From Promethearchaeota archaeon (GTDB lineage: Archaea; Asgardarchaeota; Lokiarchaeia; Sigyniarchaeales; Promethearchaeaceae), in assembly GCA_016933055.1 (NCBI GenBank), contig JAFGBS010000028.1:1-32000 (forward strand): DNA of 32,000 bases. The letters run 5' to 3'. The notes beneath the pieces were generated by a model. That model made no database searches, had not been told where the DNA came from, and saw only the letters and a list, made by a program, of their open reading frames with translations. Below, one piece after another: positions 7,957-16,426 of the stretch (its first letter is position 1; the number at the start of each line of letters is the position of its first letter). A program made the translations under genes and the position numbers.

Positions 7957-9180
7957 CTAAAAAAATTCTGTGCAACAATACTCGATTTTTGGAAACCAGA
8001 ATAATAGGGTCTCTTTATCCTCATTGCAGAGATTTTCTAGCCACCCGAAATATTCTATTTCTCCCACGTCTACAGTCCCATAGAGTAGAGCAGTTAGTCC
8101 CTCAATGGTAATTTTAGTGTCAGCACTCTCATTAGGATAAAATGTCGAGTGTAGCTGTCCTCCCTCTTCCCGTAATTTTAAAATTCCATTGTTCCATTCG
8201 CACATAGGATCTTTAACCTCAATACAAAGCTCTCGCTTTTCAAACTCAGGCACTGAAATTCCATCAAAAACAGTCTCTACATTGACAATTCTAACCATGG
8301 AAATGAAGTGTTGTTTTATATCAGTTTTTATATGTCCTTGGATCCATGATTGGAAATTATCTTCATGAGGAAATAATGGAAGCATTGCTTGTACGAGTTG
8401 TTCCGTATGAAGATAAATAAAATGAAACAATGCATGTTTTGCTTCTAGAGTTTTCGGAAAGAATCCAATTCTTCCCATTCGACCTATATTATCCTCTCCA
8501 AAGATTCGATTACCATATCCTTTCATACTGTAATACATGGCGCCTTCTACTTTTTTTTGAGCATTATATACTAAAACGAGCCAAGCGGGATTTCCTTCGG
8601 TAAATTCTTTCCAACGATCATCAAACAGTTTTACCCCACCGTTAAATTGCGAGACTGTATATTCTTGGAGTTCCCGTAATTCTCGTACTCCTTCCGAGAT
8701 TTGCATTCTCTTCAGACTGTATCCTTCAGGAAGGATTTTCCACCTTTCCAACCAGGATGGATTTAACTCGATGAATTGATGAGGTTTTGCATTCACATAA
8801 TTGAATTTCATATAAAATGAATCTTTGAACGGGGTGAGAGTACTGACAAGAATACCATCATTTTTCATCTTTTCGAAGGCACATATCATTAAATCTCTAC
8901 AGTATCCTTTTCTCCGATGCTCAGGGTAGGTACCCACCATACCCACACCAGCCATTTTTTTAAACGTTCCTCGAATATTCTGATTCAATGGGATGCTGCG
9001 AAGACAAGTCACAATCTTATCTCTAATTATTCCTACATGCCATTCCTTGTAAATCAATTCATATAATGCCTTAAAATGCTCAATTGCGGGAGGAGATTCA
9101 TCGTACACATATTTCAACAAATCAGCGATTGCGTTTTTATCCTTATCATCGGAATTGGCGACTCGAAAAACAACAGTCAT
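7957..9180 (-). CDS. eis: Eis-like GNAT acetyltransferase with C-terminal SCP2-like domain
   Basis: 407 aa. VGTYPEHRRKGY acetyl-CoA motif, LTPF..SFY.KFNY, and a C-terminal DPMCEWNNG...ITIEGLTALLYG segment typical of Eis. Confidence 0.85.
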   Translation of the reverse strand: MTVVFRVANSDDKDKNAIADLLKYVYDESPPAIEHFKALYELIYKEWHVGIIRDKIVTCLRSIPLNQNIRGTFKKMAGVGMVGTYPEHRRKGYCRDLMICAFEKMKNDGILVSTLTPFKDSFYMKFNYVNAKPHQFIELNPSWLERWKILPEGYSLKRMQISEGVRELRELQEYTVSQFNGGVKLFDDRWKEFTEGNPAWLVLVYNAQKKVEGAMYYSMKGYGNRIFGEDNIGRMGRIGFFPKTLEAKHALFHFIYLHTEQLVQAMLPLFPHEDNFQSWIQGHIKTDIKQHFISMVRIVNVETVFDGISVPEFEKRELCIEVKDPMCEWNNGILKLREEGGQLHSTFYPNESADTKITIEGLTALLYGTVDVGEIEYFGWLENLCNEDKETLLFWFPKIEYCCTEFF

Positions 9181-9226
9181 ATTTTTTACTTAGAGGGAAT
9201 GTCTTAAAAAATAGTAGGAGATCATT

Positions 9227-9766
9227 ATGAATATGTTAGAATTTGTGAAAACTAATCTAGATGAACATAAGGATATCGTTCGAGAATACACCACGCAATA
9301 CTTGAAATGGGTTCAAGATAATGTGTTAGAACATTACCAGATAGATATGTTCAAGGAGATTGGTATACCAATAGAAAAGTATGTGAATAATTTCATCGAG
9401 AAGAAAGCTTTTACTTCGGAATATTCATTTTTTCTCATCCATCATATAACTGATGATAAATATATTGGAATGGGGGCAATCCGAAAACACACAGAATCCG
9501 TTGGGGAAATAAAGCGAATGTATTTGGAGGATGAATATCATGGCGAAGGATATGGATTACAATTATTGAAATTTTTACTGGATACAGCAAAAACTCAAGG
9601 TTATGAAAAAGTGCGATTAGATACTCTTAAATTCATGGATAAAGCTCAGAGGATTTATGATTATGTGGGTTTTAAGGAAATTCCTCCATATGAAGAGAGT
9701 GAAGTACCCACAAAACTCTGTCAGATCATGAAATATTACGAAATAAATACAAACATACTATTATAG
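9227..9766 (+). CDS. GNAT family N-acetyltransferase
   Basis: GEIKRMYLEDEYHGEGYG, VRLDTLKFMDKAQRIY..VGF, EIPPY. Confidence 0.9.
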   Translation: MNMLEFVKTNLDEHKDIVREYTTQYLKWVQDNVLEHYQIDMFKEIGIPIEKYVNNFIEKKAFTSEYSFFLIHHITDDKYIGMGAIRKHTESVGEIKRMYLEDEYHGEGYGLQLLKFLLDTAKTQGYEKVRLDTLKFMDKAQRIYDYVGFKEIPPYEESEVPTKLCQIMKYYEINTNILL

Positions 9767-9767
9767 A

Positions 9768-10661
9768 ATGGATTTTAAGCTTGTAAAAAATAATTTGTGG
9801 GATAGAAGAGAGATGGATATTCGTTTCTATTCAGATCCGATTGTATTCGTGAGTACCGTAAAAACTTACCTGCACGAACATCCTATTGAAAATAATCTGA
9901 TAATAGGAATTCTCAATCAGATTGTAAAAGATCCCTTAACTTACGGTCCCACATCCCCAATATTAACAGAAATTAGAAATCAGGGTAAAATTGTGTTAGT
10001 GGCGACTCGAACTCCTCCTTGGAATACGATTTTATCCTATACGGAAAATTTGAAGGCAGTAGGGTTTTTAGCAACAGAATTAATGAAAAAAGATCCCAAG
10101 ACTCCCGGTATTTTAGGCCCAAAACTTGCGGTTCAAAGATTTATTCAGACATGGACAGAATCTAAAAATATTAAAGTGGAGTTAAGCATGAATGAACGAA
10201 TTTACAAAATAACTGAGGTAAATCCGGATACACTTGGTAATCATGAAATCATTCCTGCAAGATATAAACATAAAAAATTAGTTCGACGCTGGGGTTATGC
10301 ATTTATCCAAGAATCTATGCCCGAAACACCCCAAGATCAAATTAAGCGGTCACTAACCCGTGCCGTGAAAGACATAAAAGAAAAAAGAATCTTTTTACTC
10401 CTCGATAACGGGAAACCCGTATCAATGGCTCGCGATATAGCAATGGAGAATTGTGGAAGAGTAAATTATGTGTATACGCCTCCAGAATTACGTCGAAGAG
10501 GATATGCAACTGAATGTGTTGCCAAATTAACCCAGAAACTTCTTGATGAATATGATTATTGTGTTTTATTCACGGATCTCTCTAATCCCACATCAAATTC
10601 TATTTATCAAAAAATTGGCTATCGTCCTGTTATGGATGTGGATTTATTCAAATTTGGATAA
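9768..10661 (+). CDS. GNAT family acetyltransferase (FR47-like C-terminal domain)
   Basis: VNYVYTPPELRRRGYAT, CVLFTDLSNPTSNSIYQKIGY. The start may be about 14 codons later. Confidence 0.9.
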   Translation: MDFKLVKNNLWDRREMDIRFYSDPIVFVSTVKTYLHEHPIENNLIIGILNQIVKDPLTYGPTSPILTEIRNQGKIVLVATRTPPWNTILSYTENLKAVGFLATELMKKDPKTPGILGPKLAVQRFIQTWTESKNIKVELSMNERIYKITEVNPDTLGNHEIIPARYKHKKLVRRWGYAFIQESMPETPQDQIKRSLTRAVKDIKEKRIFLLLDNGKPVSMARDIAMENCGRVNYVYTPPELRRRGYATECVAKLTQKLLDEYDYCVLFTDLSNPTSNSIYQKIGYRPVMDVDLFKFG

Positions 10662-10699
10662 ACTCAACTTTTAATATAAATTACACCCCAAGTACAACT

Positions 10700-11389
10700 A
10701 TGAATTGGATTCAAATACTTATTCTTGTTATATTCGGAATAGATGCAGTTTTGCATTTGTTGAGTGAGTACCAGAAGATTAAAGGAAAATCAGGGGTGAT
10801 AATGGAGTATTTAACTAAACCTCTCCTCATGCCATTATTAGCGGCTTTTTACGTCGTGAGTGCATTAGCAAATGCCATTTCCATTAATTGGTGGTTCGTC
10901 GTAGGAATATTGGGTGGCTTTTTGGGAGATTTCTTCCTTTTGATTGATCAGAAACGCAATAAATTAATGTTCAAGCTTGGACTTATTGCTTTCCTATTTG
11001 GTCACATTTTCTACTTCATTGCATTTTTCATTCGTGGATGGGATTTTGCGGCATTTCAGTGGTGGAGTCTCATAATTGGTGCTCTTTTTGTTGTATACGG
11101 AGTAATACTAGCGCCAATTTTACTAAAACACACGGGAAAAATGTCCTTACCTGTAGGAATATACCTCGTAATAATTGTATTAATGGGAGTATCCGCGTCT
11201 GCATTAATTGGTATTATAAGCACTATGGGAATTGTCTTCCTTATAATTGGAGCATGGTTATTTATAATTTCAGATACTTTTAATGCAATTGGTCGTTTTG
11301 TGAAACCGATACGATATGAACGTATCTACACGATGTTTACTTATATTTTGGGACAATTATTTATAGTGTTAGGTTTCACTTTCGCCTAA
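10700..11389 (+). CDS. yhhN: YhhN/TMEM86 family membrane protein (lysoplasmalogenase-like)
   Basis: TKPLLMP, GDFFLL, F..GL..FLFGH..Y, GAWLFIISD, MFTY..GQ, the characteristic YhhN motifs. Confidence 0.85.
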   Translation: MNWIQILILVIFGIDAVLHLLSEYQKIKGKSGVIMEYLTKPLLMPLLAAFYVVSALANAISINWWFVVGILGGFLGDFFLLIDQKRNKLMFKLGLIAFLFGHIFYFIAFFIRGWDFAAFQWWSLIIGALFVVYGVILAPILLKHTGKMSLPVGIYLVIIVLMGVSASALIGIISTMGIVFLIIGAWLFIISDTFNAIGRFVKPIRYERIYTMFTYILGQLFIVLGFTFA

Positions 11390-11395
11390 TTTTTT

Positions 11396-13063
11396 TTAAG
11401 CCCCTGTAGTATTTATCGGGTAAATTTTTTTCCCTCTGCGGTAAGTTTCCAAAACTTTTATTTTTTTAATATCTTTTGGGGCAATTTTTAGAATATTTTC
11501 ATCCAAAATAACAAAATCTGCATATTTACCTATTTCAATCGATCCTTTGTTTAGTTCTTGCCCTAATGCGGTGGCAGCATTTATAGTAAACATTCTTAAT
11601 GCTTCTTCTACTGATAATTTCTCCTCAGGAACAAAACCAAATCGATGTATAGCAACTCCTATTGCATTAAGAACATCGGGATTCTCAACTGGTGCGTCGG
11701 ATGCTCCTGCAAGCATTATTCCGCTGTCAAAAATGGATTTAAAGGGATATGTGAGGTTACACCGATCTTCACCTAATCGAGATTTCAACCAAAAATGTTC
11801 ACTTTCAATAAAAGCAGGTTGAGATGCAATAAAGATGTTATTTTCCTTGATTTCTCGCAAAAGGGATTCAGTTAGTATTGAAGCATGTTCAATTCGCATT
11901 ATTGGTAGTTTTTCGCTATATTTTACGTTCTCCTTTATTGATTTATACATTTTTACTAATTCTTGAATTGCTTTATCCCCAATTGCGTGGCATATAAGGT
12001 CATATCCCATCTTATACGCGAGTGTAAATTGATCTAGGAGTGCATTTTTATTTGATACAAGAAAACCATAATTTTTAGGAGGTCCATCCGAAAAAGGTTC
12101 ACTTAAATATGCAGTTCGCGCTCCGATTACTCCATCCAAAAAGCGTTTTATTCCCCCTACGACAAACTGATTTGTGTCCTTATCCAGTTTCTCCATAGTT
12201 TTTGTATACCGAAGTAATTTTTTCGGTTTATCGGTTATTAAATATAGGACATAATCCTGAAAGAGAGCGCTTTCTTTAATAAGAATCTGGATGATGGGAA
12301 ATTCCAAGGATCCCAAGCTCCCTGAGGGGCCTTCTTCACTGGTTTGAATTACCGCCCCGATGCTTGTTATTCCCAAGGAAGCCATTTCATGCGAAAAAGC
12401 TATTCCAGCTTCTATGAAGTTTTCAAAATTTGGAGTAGGTACTTGATCTAACAAGATTGAGGTTGCATTTTCAGTAAAAACACCGGTAGGTTCTCCATTA
12501 TCATCAGTTTCTATTCTACCCGATTCTAACACAAATTCAGAAACTGAATTTTTATTTATGTTTAGAATCTCAAGTCCGCGTGAATTAGTACAACAGCTAT
12601 GTCCATCATGTCTAAGCACTATAATAGGATGAGTTGTACTTATCTCATCCAAATCATTTCTTCGTGGGAATTGTCTTTCCGTAGGGTCAGTAAATCGTTC
12701 TTCTAAAAAATCAAGCCCTAATATCCAAAAGTCTTCTGATTTGGAAGAAATTTCCCTTTTAAATGCATTATTCAGCTCAGAGAAGCTTTTAACATCAGTC
12801 AATTGAAGTTGCGTTTTAAAGTATACAGAAATAATTGGATGCATATGGCTGTCGATAAAACCAGGTACTACTGTTTTTCCTTTCAGATCAATCCTTTTCA
12901 CTTTCAAATTTTTGTAATTTTTATCAATTAAATTCCGAATTTGCTTTTCCGATCCAACATATAATATTTTCTCGTTCAAAATAGCGAATGCATTATAAAT
13001 CGAAAAATTTTCATTTACAGTGATGATGATTCCATTGAAAAAAAGAAAAATAGTTGAAATCAT
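11396..13063 (-). CDS. Amidohydrolase 3 family (YtcJ-like) metal-dependent hydrolase
   Basis: PGFIDSHMH, GIKRFLDG..GARTA, HAIGD, RIEHAS, ASDAPV, GSIEIGKYADFVIL. Confidence 0.9.
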   Translation of the reverse strand: MISTIFLFFNGIIITVNENFSIYNAFAILNEKILYVGSEKQIRNLIDKNYKNLKVKRIDLKGKTVVPGFIDSHMHPIISVYFKTQLQLTDVKSFSELNNAFKREISSKSEDFWILGLDFLEERFTDPTERQFPRRNDLDEISTTHPIIVLRHDGHSCCTNSRGLEILNINKNSVSEFVLESGRIETDDNGEPTGVFTENATSILLDQVPTPNFENFIEAGIAFSHEMASLGITSIGAVIQTSEEGPSGSLGSLEFPIIQILIKESALFQDYVLYLITDKPKKLLRYTKTMEKLDKDTNQFVVGGIKRFLDGVIGARTAYLSEPFSDGPPKNYGFLVSNKNALLDQFTLAYKMGYDLICHAIGDKAIQELVKMYKSIKENVKYSEKLPIMRIEHASILTESLLREIKENNIFIASQPAFIESEHFWLKSRLGEDRCNLTYPFKSIFDSGIMLAGASDAPVENPDVLNAIGVAIHRFGFVPEEKLSVEEALRMFTINAATALGQELNKGSIEIGKYADFVILDENILKIAPKDIKKIKVLETYRRGKKIYPINTTGA

Positions 13064-13072
13064 TAATCTAAC

Positions 13073-14458
13073 CTACAAATTCAATTCTTCTAATTTCATT
13101 TTAATTTCTTTAGTTTTATCTGGAGTAAGATCATAAACAAGCCACATTGCCAAAAAACCAAGAAGGTAGAATACTGCAGGAATGATTGCACTATGAATGC
13201 GGATCCCTAAAAGTGCCGAAGCTGGTTGAGGAGTGACAATATAATCGGGATTAAAATTGGTGAAGTAATGAATTAATCCGAATGTCACAGCTTGTATCAC
13301 GATGGAAAACCGTCCAATAAAGGTTCTGAACCCATAGAATATACCTTCGCTTCTTTTTCCCAACTTCACTACTAGCTCATCAATAACATCAGAAAACGTT
13401 GGATACATCAGAGACCAAGTAGCTCCCATTGTAAATCCTACAAGTAAAGCACAAACCATAACCGCGTATGGGCTATTACTCAAGAAGAAAAAAATAAACA
13501 ACATTAATGATGTCAATCCCGTTCCGAACATGTATCCAATCCGATTCCCTAATTTTCTTCCTACATAAATCCATAACGGAACGGAGATTAACCCTCCTAT
13601 TAATACTGCTCCAGAAATAAATATCTCCAAATCTTCATCGCCGTATATAAATTCAGTAAGATATGGTATAGAGGCAAGCATAACAGTCATCATAACCGTT
13701 TGACCGAGATAAGCTGTTAGATAGGCTCGTACATTCTTTTGTTTTAAGGCAAATTTTACTGTTTGGAAATATGTTTTGTCAATTTTGAATTCTTGAACTG
13801 GTTCAGGAACAGCTCTCAAAACATCTTTTTCCCTCATTCCTGGAATCATGATGAGGATTGCAAAAATACATGTTATAGATACGAACATCGCAGCATAAAC
13901 ATAGGTAATTCGAACATTATAACGAATAAATATCGGAGGTATAAGCATTCCTAACGTGAGACCAATTTGACTAAGGAGGGTCTGTAAAGATGCTACTCTA
14001 GTTCGTTCTTTCTGACTACGAAACTTCTTTGGAAATATAGCCATCCAATTCGTGTTCCAAAATGAAAACGTCGTATCATATAGACAAATCAAAATGAGGA
14101 GCCAGAAGAAATGTTACCATGTATTATTTCCCGGAACAAGAAAAATTAATAAATATATGATTGCTGTTGGGAATGAGTTCAATATAAACCAAGTGAACCG
14201 TTTTCCCAGTTTCCGTGTAAACTTGAATTCTTTATCTGATATATATCCTGCAAGGGGATCGTTAAACATATTCCAAGCTCCATAGATAGCGATTGCGACT
14301 GAGACAAATACACCAGGCAATAATAACTCAGTTTCATAGAAATGATACACACGGATACTGAATGCTGTCATGATGAAATCATCAAAAAAACTACCAAAAG
14401 AATATGAGAGATGAGTTCCAAAACGATGTTTCATTTTATGTTCAATATTTGTAGTCAT
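13073..14458 (-). pseudogene. GPH/MelB-family MFS transporter interrupted by one in-frame TAA at 14114-14116
   Basis: The two ORF-track pieces are in the same frame: ...PGNNTW-TAA-HFFWLLILICLYDT.... The N-part has WNMFNDPLAGYISD and the C-part has YPTFSDVIDE...RSEGIFYG. Joined length is about 461 codons. Confidence 0.8.
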
Positions 14459-14467
14459 TTATATTCC

Positions 14468-15688
14468 TCAGTTTATGGTTATAGTTGGTCCCGTTGCATA
14501 TTTTCTTAAAGATTTTTCATCCAACATAATTCCCCAGCCGGGACCGTGGGGAATGTCCACCCTACCATCATGATAATTGAGTGGTTCCTCAATAAGATCA
14601 TCCTCTATCATTATATAACCAAAGAGTTCTGTCGCATAATCAATTTGATGATAACGGGCTGCTGTTAAATGAGTATGGATTGCAGATGAGATTCCTAAAG
14701 GTTGTGAATGAAGTACGATGCCTAGTCCCCGCATTGCTGCATAATCCATAACTTTAAGTCCTTTAGTTATGCCTCCGGGGCGTTCCGTATTAATTCCGAA
14801 TACCCGAACAGCATTCATTTCAGCGAGCATTGTATATTCATTGACTGAGAAGCATCCTTCATGGGACATTAAAGGGGTTTGAATATGTTTTTGAACATAC
14901 TGCATAGCAAGATAATTATCTTTATCTACTGGTTGTTCAGCGAAATCGATTTCGAATGGTTCGATGGCTTTTATTGCCCGAATAGCATCATATGTGGAAT
15001 AGGCTTGATTATAATCTACTCGCAGATGAATTTTGTCTCCAAAAGTTTCTCTCATCATTTTAATCAGGTTTAGATCTTCTGAAATCGATTTTCCAAGTTT
15101 TAACCGAAAAGTGCGATATCCTTGCTTGTAAAACATTTGGGCGAACGCTTTCACAATTGAGGGATCTGCCAGGGGGAGCAAGGCTGCCAATGGTATCGAA
15201 TCAACCGGACAGCCTCCCATAAAGTCGTATGCTGGTCGTTGAGTGATCTTTCCCATCAAGTCATAAAGGCACATATCCAATAATCCCTTAGCTACCTCGT
15301 GTCGTGCAAAATTCTTATCTAATTTTGCAGTTATTCCTTGAATATTAAATGGACTTTCTCCAATTAGGTATTTTCCTATATGATCTTTAATACTACTATT
15401 AACTTGTGTCACAGAAATGCCAGTTTCGGGAAGCCATGCAATAATTTCTCCAATTCCTTGATTACCCTCGTTATCGGTAACTTTGCATATTGCAGCATCC
15501 ACTCCCAACCAAGCTTCTTCCACACCTATGGCTGTACCTGTTCCATCACCACTTTCCGCCATCGCTTGCTTAACTTGCTCAATAAATGGCACAAAAACGG
15601 GAGTTACTTCAATGTTTGAAATTTTATAACCCGAAGGAGTCACAATACGGACATATCTTCTTTTTAATTTAAAAATCTTTGAATTCAT
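14468..15688 (-). CDS. Enolase-superfamily (mandelate racemase/muconate lactonizing enzyme) protein with atypical active site
   Basis: GIGE, AKGLLDMCLYDLMGK, TFRLKLG, RVDYNQ, AEQP, PHGPGWG. ATG 15688 is preferred over the ORF-track start at 15742. Confidence 0.85.
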   Translation of the reverse strand: MNSKIFKLKRRYVRIVTPSGYKISNIEVTPVFVPFIEQVKQAMAESGDGTGTAIGVEEAWLGVDAAICKVTDNEGNQGIGEIIAWLPETGISVTQVNSSIKDHIGKYLIGESPFNIQGITAKLDKNFARHEVAKGLLDMCLYDLMGKITQRPAYDFMGGCPVDSIPLAALLPLADPSIVKAFAQMFYKQGYRTFRLKLGKSISEDLNLIKMMRETFGDKIHLRVDYNQAYSTYDAIRAIKAIEPFEIDFAEQPVDKDNYLAMQYVQKHIQTPLMSHEGCFSVNEYTMLAEMNAVRVFGINTERPGGITKGLKVMDYAAMRGLGIVLHSQPLGISSAIHTHLTAARYHQIDYATELFGYIMIEDDLIEEPLNYHDGRVDIPHGPGWGIMLDEKSLRKYATGPTITIN

Positions 15689-15776
15689 AAAAACTGTAAA
15701 AAAGTCACTATTCTCGAATATATATAACGCGGTCCATAACAAAAGCGGAAATCAGATTTAAAAAAATTCCTACATT

Positions 15777-16400
15777 GTGTATGATATGGAATCTAAAACT
15801 CAATGGCAAATCCTCTTGGCTATTATATTTGGTGTGTTGTTACTAATTCCTATAGGGACCTTGATCTATATTACGCCAGCAACAGCTCTGGATGCTATTA
15901 TCCGATTGTCTGCGCTTTGGGGCTTTGTTGGGCTCACCGTCTCATCTATCGTGAATCTAAATAAGAGAATACTATACCAAAAATTTGGACTCAAATTCAT
16001 GCAATTGCATCATGGTTTGGCAATATTTTCTCTTGCTATGGCGACATTACATCCAGTTGCGTTCGCCATTAAAACAATGTCTATTTTAGTATTTATTCCA
16101 GATTTCTCCTCATGGTATAATTTTTGGTTACTCGGCGGCAGACCCGCATTGATTATCCTCTATATTGCGGTCATTGCTGCACTCTTCCGAAAAAAATCCA
16201 AAAAAGCTTGGAAATATATTCACATGCTTATCTATGTGGTTCTTGTGCTGATTTTAGTTCATGGAATCATGATTGGTACGGATTTTCAAAGTATAATCAT
16301 ATTGATTCTATTCAGTGTATTATCTTTGGGGGCTTTTTTGACCTTTTTGTACCTTCGGACAAATTCATTAGGAATATTGTCAAAAAAGAAAGAAAAATAG
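15777..16400 (+). CDS. Ferric-reductase-like transmembrane domain protein (MsrQ-like, di-haem b)
   Basis: About 6 TM with paired His residues (QLHH, TLHP, YIHMLIY, LVHG) and WKYIH. The start may be ATG 15786. Confidence 0.8.
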   Translation: MYDMESKTQWQILLAIIFGVLLLIPIGTLIYITPATALDAIIRLSALWGFVGLTVSSIVNLNKRILYQKFGLKFMQLHHGLAIFSLAMATLHPVAFAIKTMSILVFIPDFSSWYNFWLLGGRPALIILYIAVIAALFRKKSKKAWKYIHMLIYVVLVLILVHGIMIGTDFQSIIILILFSVLSLGAFLTFLYLRTNSLGILSKKKEK

Positions 16401-16426
16401 GAAATAAAAACAGAAAAAAACATAAA

